Source of the DNA: Deltaproteobacteria bacterium
GTDB lineage: Bacteria; Desulfobacterota; Syntrophia; Syntrophales; UBA6807
Assembly (NCBI GenBank): GCA_016935565.1
Contig: JAFGQS010000018.1
Location: forward strand, 341 to 64,340
Direction of reading: 5' to 3'
DNA: 64,000 bases
Positions 21,572 through 29,951 of this stretch are shown here, one piece after another. Under the pieces are notes generated by a model. It was not told where the DNA came from and searched no databases. It worked only from the letters and a program-made list of their open reading frames with translations. The stretch's first letter is position 1. Each line of letters begins with the position of its first letter. Made by a program: the position numbers and the translations under genes.

Positions 21572-21773
21572 TCCTGTGTCCCTCCTTTCACCATTTTTAA
21601 AAACTATATCATCTATAAGTGAACGAGAGAAGGCATAACATGAAGAAATGAAAAGATAAATCGTAACCCATTGATAATGCTAATCATATTGCGTGCTTAA
21701 ATCGTGTGCAATGTGGTAAAAAGTTGAACCTGAATTGAACTTGCAGATATTATTAACAGCCCTGTCAACAATT

Positions 21774-21795
21774 TTATCCACAGTTATGTGGATTA
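21774..21795. promoter_or_regulatory. palindromic pair of DnaA-box-like 9-mers (TTATCCACA gtta TGTGGATTA)
   Basis: The first 9-mer equals the DnaA box consensus TTATCCACA. The second is its inverted copy with one mismatch. The site lies 200 nt upstream of the pgm start on the other strand. Confidence 0.3.
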
Positions 21796-22075
21796 CATTG
21801 CGTCATATTATACAGCGATACAATAACTGACTGATTTTAATAGGCTCTCAAAGATGAAGTATAAGCGGATCGGATATACGAAAATGGATTTTGCACCTGC
21901 CTGCCTCAGGGAAAGCGAGGTACTCATCATGCGAAATTACTTTGAAACCGAGGCATGTCAACCGATTGTCTTCAGAAGCTTTGTATCGGGTATTTAATTC
22001 CCGGTATTGTGGGTATCTTTGTGCTGAAAACCGAGTAAACTGCAGATTCCGTTCTGCGGCGCTGATTACTCGCTA

Positions 22076-22477
22076 TCATGAATCGATCGGTACAATATGT
22101 TCCTTTGCCCATTTAACTAATTGCTGGTATGTTGTACCTTTGGGAAAGAATTCAGAAATTCCCATTCCCTTAGCTGTCGGAATATCTTTTTCTGCCAGAA
22201 AGCCACCAGCCGTTACCTGTATATCCGATGCATTTTCACGGGCCAGTAATTCGATAATTTTTCCAAGATCGTTAATATCGGCATCCGGTAATATTGTGAT
22301 TCCTATGTGATCAACCGATTCCTGGAGGGCTGAAATAACAATTGCCTCAGGTTCTTGCGTATTAGTATAAATCACTTCAAATCCAGCATCAAGGAGGGCT
22401 TTACCCAGTCGTAAAAGAGCTTCGTCATAACCGTCACCAAGTTTCGCAAGCAGGATTCTAATCATGATGTCATTCAT
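22076..22477 (-). CDS. stand-alone cobalamin-binding-domain-like protein (MCM C-terminal domain type) with a degenerate DxHxxG motif
   Basis: 133 aa, collinear with ~130-aa B12-binding subunits (RILLAKLG..AGFEVIYT..VDHIGITIL..VTAGG). The canonical GLDGHDRG is GDGYDEAL here. Confidence 0.7.
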   Translation of the reverse strand: MNDIMIRILLAKLGDGYDEALLRLGKALLDAGFEVIYTNTQEPEAIVISALQESVDHIGITILPDADINDLGKIIELLARENASDIQVTAGGFLAEKDIPTAKGMGISEFFPKGTTYQQLVKWAKEHIVPIDS

Positions 22478-22563
22478 AGGAGTCTCCTTTTTTACATTAT
22501 GATTCGCTTTATAGAGGAATATATCTCAGTTTACAAGAAGAATATCATATTCATTACTGTTTA

Positions 22564-22689
22564 TGAAATCAGAAACATGAATACCCCGTTTTGTAAACGA
22601 GAGTGAAACGTTTACCAGCCGAAGGCAGGTATAAAATAGTGATAAATATTCGTCAAAATGCACCGCCTTGTCGGAATGATGATTCACTG
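22564..22689 (+). repeat. copy A of a ~126-nt repeated element (core 22564-22650)
   Basis: Ungapped alignment to the reverse complement of 31102-31227 gives 94/126 identical by my count. The first 87 nt give 74/87. Confidence 0.8.
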
Positions 22690-22865
22690 TGTTATTCTAT
22701 TCCGATCAAGGGTGTGCAGATGAAACCCTTGCTCAAAATAAGTCTTTATGATACTTTTCTATCAGTAGCATCGAGGAAAAAGAATATCATTTATATCTCG
22801 TAATTTCAAAACTGAATGTCGTACTATATTGTAAAAAAGTAAGCCCATAAAAAACAGGTCCGAAC

Positions 22866-23543
22866 ATGATAGTCATCTGTCCTTTCTGTGGAAATATAAA
22901 TCAAATAAAGATGAAGCGGTTACATCCTACGCTTGAGATTACCTGCAGAAGATGTGGAGCACGGCATACCCTCGAGATCGGTATAACATCACAGGCGACG
23001 GCAATGGTCGAATGTCCGCTGTGTGGTCATAGACAGATACGGGCTTATACATGTGTAAAATGCGGGGCAGGCTTAACGGCAAAGCCGGCACCACGTGCTG
23101 AGATGCCACCCGTGGAGGACAGCAGGCGAGATATTTTTTCGAAGCGATATAAAACGCTGACCATAACAGCCGTGGCAGTGGTTATCCTCATTTTCTTGGG
23201 AACAATTGCCGGTGTATTTTTCATGCTGAAGAGGTCTGATGCATACAGAATATCGGAGACGTTTATACGAAATAGCGATGAGATACAAAAAACAGTCGGC
23301 GAAAACATACGCTTCGGTTTAATTCCTGTCGGGTCGGTAAAACTATCCGGGAGGGAAGGTACGGCAAATTTTAAGGTCAGTGTCAAAGGGTCGAGAGGAT
23401 CGACAGTGGTAAGAGTATACTTAAGGAAGTCCCAAGGTACATGGCGAGTTGCATCGGCTCTGTATACGGATAAGTTCGGAATAAAACGGCTTGTCGTACC
23501 GTCGTCAGGATCGCCCCCTTCAAAAAGAAAGCAGCGAAACTAA
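22866..23543 (+). CDS. double zinc-ribbon membrane-anchored protein with a Coa1-like C-terminal domain
   Basis: CPFCG..CRRCG and CPLCG..CVKCG ribbons, one TM helix (LTITAVAVVILIFLGTIAGVFFML), then a ~90-aa domain resembling the Coa1/DUF family (from memory). Confidence 0.6.
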   Translation: MIVICPFCGNINQIKMKRLHPTLEITCRRCGARHTLEIGITSQATAMVECPLCGHRQIRAYTCVKCGAGLTAKPAPRAEMPPVEDSRRDIFSKRYKTLTITAVAVVILIFLGTIAGVFFMLKRSDAYRISETFIRNSDEIQKTVGENIRFGLIPVGSVKLSGREGTANFKVSVKGSRGSTVVRVYLRKSQGTWRVASALYTDKFGIKRLVVPSSGSPPSKRKQRN

Positions 23544-23656
23544 CTTTGTCGAGGCTGGAGAAATCGGCTTATTATGATGTAACCGCGGGCACACTGGTTT
23601 GATCTGCGGTCTGTTCCAAACATGATGAATGATATATACAGGTGAAAGGAAAGGCA

Positions 23657-24022
23657 ATGAAGTTTCAACGATTGTTTTTTGCTGTACTCGTTATTCTTTG
23701 CGTCATAGTCACATTTTCTGAGACGTATTCCCAGTCGTTCGGTCGCATCCGTGCCCTGAAGGAACGGGCGATTACCATCATACAACGAAAGAACCATTTC
23801 GTGACACGTGTTCTCGATTCATATGGAATTTCCTATGAATGTAATCAAGAGGGTATTGTCGTGCGGATCGGTGTGGACGACCAATGGAATGATGTTACCC
23901 GCATCGATATAGTTCCCCTTGTCAATGATGATGAGACAGGATTTCGTGTTACGGCACATAATATCTTTTTTGATACCAACAGGGGAATGTTTCACCTCGT
24001 ATCGCAACTCGTTATACGGTGA
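23657..24022 (+). CDS. small secreted hypothetical protein
   Basis: ATG 23657 after AAAGGAAAGG. Signal-peptide-like MKFQRLFFAVLVILCVIVTFSETYS. No recognised domain. Confidence 0.5.
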   Translation: MKFQRLFFAVLVILCVIVTFSETYSQSFGRIRALKERAITIIQRKNHFVTRVLDSYGISYECNQEGIVVRIGVDDQWNDVTRIDIVPLVNDDETGFRVTAHNIFFDTNRGMFHLVSQLVIR

Positions 24023-24063
24023 AAGGGGATAGTATTGGCGTCAGTAGTATCCTTTGTTCTTCA

Positions 24064-24732
24064 TTATATGTAATGAAATATGGTGTTGATAACATATCGG
24101 AAATTATGTTTGATGTTTTCATCCCCTTCGATAATCCCCATGTGGCCAGGTAAAAAGTGGTCGATATCGAGCTTTGATAATTCAACTATACTATTTTTCA
24201 GTAGTACCCCGTCACCTCCCGGAAAATCTGTCCTTCCCACATTTTGAGCAAATATGACATCTCCCGAGAAGAGAGCCTTTTTCGACGGCCAGTAGAGGGC
24301 TATCGATCCCGGCGAATGACCGGGGGTGAGAAAAACCTCAAATGTTTCGTCACCAAGGATAATGGTACCTTCTTTCAAAATCATATCGATAGTGACGTTC
24401 GGTAAGTCGAGCCCGAACCAGTTGTACATCATACTTCCTACTTCGTTTAAGAATGAGATTTCCTTTTCATGTAAACCGATCTGAACATCAGGGTCATCAT
24501 TGAATAATTCAGACCCCTCGAAGTGATCGGGGTGGGAATGAGTATTAATGACGTAACGGATATCTTCTCTTTTTATTCCGTCGGTTTCCATGCTTGTGAG
24601 AAGATCGGGGACATATTTTTTAAGACCGGGATCTATCAGTGCCTTGACGTTACCGCCGATATAAAAACTGTTACAATTGTTGTCAAAAAAACTGGTCCAT
24701 TCATATACATAGATATCGTCGATTAACTTCAT
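24064..24732 (-). CDS. MBL-fold metallo-hydrolase
   Basis: HSHPDH zinc motif, downstream TPGHSPGS, C-terminal LPGH. ATG 24732 after AAAGGGG. Confidence 0.85.
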   Translation of the reverse strand: MKLIDDIYVYEWTSFFDNNCNSFYIGGNVKALIDPGLKKYVPDLLTSMETDGIKREDIRYVINTHSHPDHFEGSELFNDDPDVQIGLHEKEISFLNEVGSMMYNWFGLDLPNVTIDMILKEGTIILGDETFEVFLTPGHSPGSIALYWPSKKALFSGDVIFAQNVGRTDFPGGDGVLLKNSIVELSKLDIDHFLPGHMGIIEGDENIKHNFRYVINTIFHYI

Positions 24733-24801
24733 TATATCCCCTTTCAACATTATTAACGTCAGATGTCATCATCTATCCTCACAAATACAATATTCCGTCA
24801 T

Positions 24802-25596
24802 TCATTTCCTTCCTCGTGCGTAAGTTGCTTTCCCGAGCTGAGCAGCGTTCGATTGAGGCAGATAAAAGAGCGGATTTTTCGGTTTGTTCTTTATTCTGAT
24901 TTCGAAATGGAGGCAGCATTGCTTGTGTCTCTTGGATTTACCGAGGAGAGCAATTGTCTGACCCTGTGCTACCGTATCGCCCACGTTGACTTGCCGGGTT
25001 TTAAGATAAGCATAAACAGTTGAATAATTATCATTATGTTTTATGATTATTGTTTCCCCATAATATTTCAGAAGTGAGGAATGAATGACTCTGCCCACCG
25101 CCGATGCCAGCACCGGGGTTCCCTCCTTTGCGACGATTTTGATGCCGTTGAATCTCATTCCATTTTTTTGAATTCCGAACTGTGACGATACGGTGCCTTT
25201 CACAGGCCAGATGAAACGTTTTCGTTCAAATTGAATGATTTTATCTTCTGCAACTTTCGGTTCTGCTACTGCTGCCTCCTTTGTGGTTTCAGGGATTTCC
25301 TGTATGGGTTCTGTAAGAGGGACTGTGGGTGGTACTTCGAGCATTTCATGTGCTTCGGGAATAAAAATAACATCACCTGCTTTGATTGAGTTGGTGTCGG
25401 TAATGTTGTTTATTTCGGCAAGGTCTTGAATGTTTATGTTGTATGTTTTAGCTATTGTATAGAACGTTTCACCCTTGTGAACAGTGTGATACACGCCTTG
25501 CGCCCGGACGGATTCTTTATAATGGGCCGTACAGGCCATTATTGAAAACAGGAGGGCACATAAGAAGACGATTCCAAAAATATTCTTATAACTCAT
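24802..25596 (-). CDS. nlpD: LysM + M23 peptidase lipoprotein (NlpD-like)
   Basis: Lipobox FSIMAC. LysM motif YHTVHKGETFYTIAKTYNINIQDLAEIN. M23/LytM core ..NGIKIVAKEGTPV..HFEIRIKNKPKNP. Confidence 0.88.
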   Translation of the reverse strand: MSYKNIFGIVFLCALLFSIMACTAHYKESVRAQGVYHTVHKGETFYTIAKTYNINIQDLAEINNITDTNSIKAGDVIFIPEAHEMLEVPPTVPLTEPIQEIPETTKEAAVAEPKVAEDKIIQFERKRFIWPVKGTVSSQFGIQKNGMRFNGIKIVAKEGTPVLASAVGRVIHSSLLKYYGETIIIKHNDNYSTVYAYLKTRQVNVGDTVAQGQTIALLGKSKRHKQCCLHFEIRIKNKPKNPLFYLPQSNAAQLGKATYARGRK

Positions 25597-25600
25597 AGCC

Positions 25601-26182
25601 TTAGAAAATCCATTTTATCAGTATAAAGCCACCGATGAGGAGAATCATAAAAACGACGCTGAGGATATTGAAATAACGGTCGATAAAAGATCGTATTTCA
25701 GCACCAAATTTATAAATGAGCCAACCTACTAAAAAAAACCGTACAGATCTGCTGACGATTGAAGCGACTAAAAAAATCGGAAAGTTTATTTTGAATGCAC
25801 CTGCCGAGATGGTAAATACCTTATAAGGTATTGGCGTAAATCCTGCTATTCCGACCGCCCAGGCATTATAACGTTCATAAAGATTACCTATGGTTTCATA
25901 TTTATCCATCAATCCATAAAAATTCAGGATGCGGAAACCGACAATATCCATGAATTCAAAGCCGATGATATATCCTGCCATGCCTCCCAGTACGGAACCT
26001 ACCGAACATATCAGCGCGTACCTGAATGCTCTGGCAGGTATCGATATAGCGAGGGCAATGAGAAGAACATCGGGTGGTACCGGGAAAAAACTCGATTCCG
26101 CGAAGGCAAGAATAAAAAGCGCCCATGATCCATACGGCGTTTCGGCCCAGTGGAGAACCCAGTCGTACAATTTCCTAAGCAT
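25601..26182 (-). CDS. YqaA/DedA-family membrane protein
   Basis: 193 aa. N-terminus ..FILAFAESSFFPVPPDVLLIAL.. is typical of YqaA-like SNARE-associated domain proteins. Five or more TM helices. Confidence 0.8.
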   Translation of the reverse strand: MLRKLYDWVLHWAETPYGSWALFILAFAESSFFPVPPDVLLIALAISIPARAFRYALICSVGSVLGGMAGYIIGFEFMDIVGFRILNFYGLMDKYETIGNLYERYNAWAVGIAGFTPIPYKVFTISAGAFKINFPIFLVASIVSRSVRFFLVGWLIYKFGAEIRSFIDRYFNILSVVFMILLIGGFILIKWIF

Positions 26183-26190
26183 TCACTATC

Positions 26191-26844
26191 TCAGCCTTTC
26201 CATCCATATTCTCCTATGAGATTAACAAATCGACACCCTCCAAGGTCTTTCGTTTCTGCTTTGTCAAGTTCGTTTGACGTACGGGTAAGCTTCAGTAATT
26301 TCTGTGTATGCCGATCACCCGTCGGAACGATCAGCCTGCCCCCGACTGTCAGTTGATCAAAGAGCGTTTTGGGAACATGGGGAGCACCGGCGGTTACGAT
26401 TATAACGTCAAAAGGTGATTCTTCTTTCCATCCGTACGTTCCGTCACCGACCCTGATCAGAACATTATAGTAGCCGAGAGAGTCTAAAACTTTTCGTGCC
26501 CTATCGGCAAGAGAAGCAATTCGTTCTATAGAAAAAACCCTGTCTGCCAGTTCCGCCAGTATTGCTGCCTGGTATCCTGAGCCGGTCCCTATTTCCAGGA
26601 CTTTTTCATGTCCGGTCAATTCTAAGGCTTCCGTCATTAAAGCCACGATGTATGGTTGTGAGATCGTCTGTCTTTCTCCTATGGGAAGAGGATTGTCGGC
26701 ATATGCCTGATCATGCAAACCCTCATCGACAAAGAGATGCCTGGGGATTTTTTCCATTGCCTTCAAGACTTTCTCATCAGTGATACCCCGGGAAATGAGC
26801 TGTGAAGTAACCATTTTCATTCTCGGCTTTATGTGTCTGCTCAT
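26191..26844 (-). CDS. pcm: protein-L-isoaspartate O-methyltransferase
   Basis: [17 protein letters not shown] motif [16 protein letters not shown], and C-terminal RFVNLIG. Confidence 0.93.
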   Translation of the reverse strand: MSRHIKPRMKMVTSQLISRGITDEKVLKAMEKIPRHLFVDEGLHDQAYADNPLPIGERQTISQPYIVALMTEALELTGHEKVLEIGTGSGYQAAILAELADRVFSIERIASLADRARKVLDSLGYYNVLIRVGDGTYGWKEESPFDVIIVTAGAPHVPKTLFDQLTVGGRLIVPTGDRHTQKLLKLTRTSNELDKAETKDLGGCRFVNLIGEYGWKG

Positions 26845-27239
26845 TACCGCCTCTGAATAGGTTGTTTTTTTGATGGAATTCTGTATATATCTTCGACCAT
26901 TTTGTGCCTTCGAAATCCCATAGCTTCTCGTGTTACGATAAAGTAATAATATCGAAGCTTCGCATACTCCCTCATCTTATTGTAGGTAAATATATTTTTA
27001 TTGATCTCGCTTACCAATTTTTCCGGTGATACTTGAGGTGCATAATCATGGTTTGTCGTGTTTCCATTCATTCGGCTTTCGATGGCTTCGTTTAACAAGT
27101 GCTCTTTATCAGCGATGATCTTCTCAATTGCCTTCATTTTTTTAAGGGCACGGTCCACACTATCTCCCGCTCGGGCCAGAACGAGCGCTCGTTCCCGCAG
27201 AATTTCTTCCTGTGTCAGATCATAACTTTTTTCTCTCAT
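26844..27239 (-). CDS. hypothetical protein, translationally coupled to pcm
   Basis: 131 aa. Its stop overlaps the pcm start (TAATG at 26842-26846). No recognised domain. It occupies the position surE has in enterobacteria. Confidence 0.5.
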   Translation of the reverse strand: MREKSYDLTQEEILRERALVLARAGDSVDRALKKMKAIEKIIADKEHLLNEAIESRMNGNTTNHDYAPQVSPEKLVSEINKNIFTYNKMREYAKLRYYYFIVTREAMGFRRHKMVEDIYRIPSKKQPIQRR

Positions 27240-27489
27240 AAGTCGTGCATGGCATTATCAGAAATCCTCTCCCGGCACAACATAGCGACAGTCGAGGCTT
27301 CTCAATATGATAATATATGGAGTGACATCTATCATTTAACGGTACAGTTTTCAACCTAAAAGGTTTTTTCTGGTCAGTGCCGGTATCAAGATTATCTTTA
27401 CAAGTGACCCGCATTCTATTAAAAAAATGGGGAAAAATTTTTATCGTGCAACGTGACGCACAGAGTTTGCGACTGAACAGGAGTATACG

Positions 27490-29073
27490 ATGACTACACA
27501 GAGTACGTTTGTCATGTCTCAGGCAGTGAGAGACGCTTATGCCCGTGGCGAAGAAGATGAAACATTGGAACCTCTCGTTCTGACGGATAAATCAGGACAA
27601 CCGCTCGGAAGGTTTGCGGAAGGAGACTCGGTCATATTTTATAACATCCGTGGTGAAAGAGAAGTTGAACTGACGGAAAGCTTCACCAGGGACTCATTTG
27701 ATAAATTTTCCATTAAGAGCAATCTGGATCTCAATTTTACCACGATGATCGAGTATATGAAAGGTCTGGATGTTGATGTCGCTTTTCCACCCGATGACCG
27801 TGTGAGTGATACATTGAGCGAGATCCTTGCTCAACATGGACGGGTGCAGGTAAAGATAACGGAGGCTGAGAAAGCTATCCATCTCGGATTTTTTTTCAAC
27901 GGGAAAGATTCACGGATTTTGAAAGGAGAGGAGAGGATCTTTGTACCCACGAGAAAGGATGTAGCACTCTTCGATGAAGCACCGGAGATGTCCATCGACG
28001 TAATTACGAAGACGATTATCGAAAAAATTCACGACAGCCGGTATGATGTAATCATAGCAAATTTCCCCAATGTCGATGTGGTGGGGCATATAGAAAACAG
28101 GGACGCGGTTATAAAAGCCGTTGAAACGGTTGATCGAAATACGGGACTGGTCGTCAAGGAGGCGCTTGAACAAGATGTTACCATCCTTGTAACGGCTGAT
28201 CACGGTACTGTGGAAAAGTGGCTTTACCCCGATGGAGCGGTCGATACCGGCCACACCGATTCCCCTGTACCCTTTATTCTTGTTGAAAAGTGTTGTAAGA
28301 TGAATTTGCGAAATAACGGGGAATTATCAGACATCGCACCGACGGTTCTGCAGTTATTGGGGATACCACAACCAAAGACAATGACCGGTGTTTCATTAAT
28401 AGAAGATGATGTGCCGTCAGGCAGTGCGACGGAAAGACGGATACTCTTGCTCATCCTCGATGGATGGGGTGCAAACGAAAATGATGTGGGAAATCTTATT
28501 GCAGCAGCCGGCACCCCGGTCATGGATGATCTTTCAAAGAAATATGCCGTTTCACTGTTGCAAGCCGCCGGCGAAGCTGTCGGTCTTCCCGAGGGAACCG
28601 TGGGTAATTCAGAGGTAGGACATCTCCACATCGGAGCAGGAAGAAGGATCTATTCGGACCGGGTGAGAATAAATATGGCCATCGAGGACGGTTCATTTTT
28701 TGAAAATAGAGCATTTCTAAAGGTAATTCATGCCGCCAGGAATTCTGCAAAGGCCCTGCATTTTCTCGGCATTGTATCTTTTTTCAGTTCCCATGGTTCC
28801 GTCAATCACCTTTTTGCACTGATGGAGCTTGCAAAAAGAGAAGGGGTGAAGGAACTGTATGTCCATGCCATGCTTGGAAGAAGAGGAGAAAGACCCGAGA
28901 GCGGTGCCATATATATCGAGAAGATAGAAAAAGAGTGCGAGGAATTACAGGTCGGAAAGGTCGTGTCGGTTATTGGGAGATACTGGTCAATGGATCGTGA
29001 AGAAAATTGGGATCGAATAGAAAAAACCTATAGAATGCTGGTGTATGGCGAGGGAAATCATATAACGGAGTAA
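27490..29073 (+). CDS. gpmI: 2,3-bisphosphoglycerate-independent phosphoglycerate mutase, circularly permuted domain order
   Basis: Single 527-aa ORF with AGGAG 6 nt before the ATG. The N-part carries motifs of canonical residues ~216-511 (FYNIRGERE, TEAEKAIHLGFFFNG, NVDVVGH, TADHG, GHTDSPVPF). The C-part carries canonical residues ~1-215 (LILDGWG, GNSEVGHLHIGAGR, GRYWSMDREENWDRIEKTY..YGEG). Confidence 0.85.
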   Translation: MTTQSTFVMSQAVRDAYARGEEDETLEPLVLTDKSGQPLGRFAEGDSVIFYNIRGEREVELTESFTRDSFDKFSIKSNLDLNFTTMIEYMKGLDVDVAFPPDDRVSDTLSEILAQHGRVQVKITEAEKAIHLGFFFNGKDSRILKGEERIFVPTRKDVALFDEAPEMSIDVITKTIIEKIHDSRYDVIIANFPNVDVVGHIENRDAVIKAVETVDRNTGLVVKEALEQDVTILVTADHGTVEKWLYPDGAVDTGHTDSPVPFILVEKCCKMNLRNNGELSDIAPTVLQLLGIPQPKTMTGVSLIEDDVPSGSATERRILLLILDGWGANENDVGNLIAAAGTPVMDDLSKKYAVSLLQAAGEAVGLPEGTVGNSEVGHLHIGAGRRIYSDRVRINMAIEDGSFFENRAFLKVIHAARNSAKALHFLGIVSFFSSHGSVNHLFALMELAKREGVKELYVHAMLGRRGERPESGAIYIEKIEKECEELQVGKVVSVIGRYWSMDREENWDRIEKTYRMLVYGEGNHITE

Positions 29074-29218
29074 GTGTTTTCCGGTGAGAGGCATTACACG
29101 GGACAGTGTATTCAAAGCGATAATCAAATGCCATAAAGCCGATAACAGACATATCAAACAGTTATGTGCCCGAATGTGACCTGATGGTTCATGTATGGAA
29201 AAGGGAAGGAGGCAAACC

Positions 29219-29749
29219 ATGGACGTAAAGATTGGGAATGCTACGCTATCTCTTGTTTTAGGTGATATTACAAAGGAAAATACCGATGCAATTGTTAATG
29301 CCGCTAATTCAGGATTACGGGGTGGCGGTGGCGTGGACGGAGCAATCCACCGGGCCGGTGGCCCTGCCATTATGGAAGAATGTCGAAAAATCGGTTATTG
29401 TCCTGCTGGTCAGGCAGTCGTCACAACAGCGGGAAACTTAAATGCAACGTATGTGATCCATACGGTTGGACCCATTTACAAAGGAGGGACACGGGGAGAG
29501 GCAACCCTTCTGAAGAGCGCCTATCTCGAGAGTCTCAAGCAAGCCGTCAAGAAGGGATCGAAAAGTGTTTCCTTTCCTGCTATCAGTGCCGGAGTGTACG
29601 GGTATCCTTTGAGTGAAGCAGCCCGTATAGCCCTGAAGACGATCATTGAGTACCTGAAAGAGAACAACTCTATTGATCTCGTCAGATTTGTGCTCTTCGA
29701 TCAGGCAATATTCGATGTCTTTTCGGAGGAATTGCAAAAGCTGGCTTGA
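29219..29749 (+). CDS. macro-domain protein (O-acetyl-ADP-ribose deacetylase / YmdB-like)
   Basis: ATG 29219 after GGAGG. Motifs GDITKENTDAIVNAANSGLRGGGGVDGAIHRAGG, YVIHTVGP, SVSFPAISAGVYGYP. Confidence 0.88.
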   Translation: MDVKIGNATLSLVLGDITKENTDAIVNAANSGLRGGGGVDGAIHRAGGPAIMEECRKIGYCPAGQAVVTTAGNLNATYVIHTVGPIYKGGTRGEATLLKSAYLESLKQAVKKGSKSVSFPAISAGVYGYPLSEAARIALKTIIEYLKENNSIDLVRFVLFDQAIFDVFSEELQKLA

Positions 29750-29951
29750 CCGTCGTGTTAGAAGTTTCAGGTGCCTGTTGCCCAAATCCTTTTTTCAGGG
29801 ATTCGTGTTTAGGCAGCAGCCCGTCAGGTTTTTATCCTTGATACCGTTATCCTGATTCGGCTCAACCATATCCGCCCCTCATGTTTGACCTTTTGCAATT
29901 TTATGATTACATTAGGCACGAATGAAATTTATCAGGTAACAAGGAGCACTA

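Noticed and set aside
21774-21795. Calling the DnaA-box pair a replication origin
   Set aside because: Only two boxes are present, there is no dnaA/dnaN or other origin-linked genes, and I could define no unwinding element. It is reported only as a possible regulatory palindrome.
21891-22310. 139-aa plus-strand ORF between pgm and the B12-like gene
   Set aside because: It overlaps the better-supported minus-strand B12-domain gene. It starts with TTG, has no RBS, and its sequence is featureless.
22603-22803. 66-aa ORF starting inside repeat copy A
   Set aside because: The reading frame is not preserved in the homologous copy B, so the repeat is unlikely to be coding.
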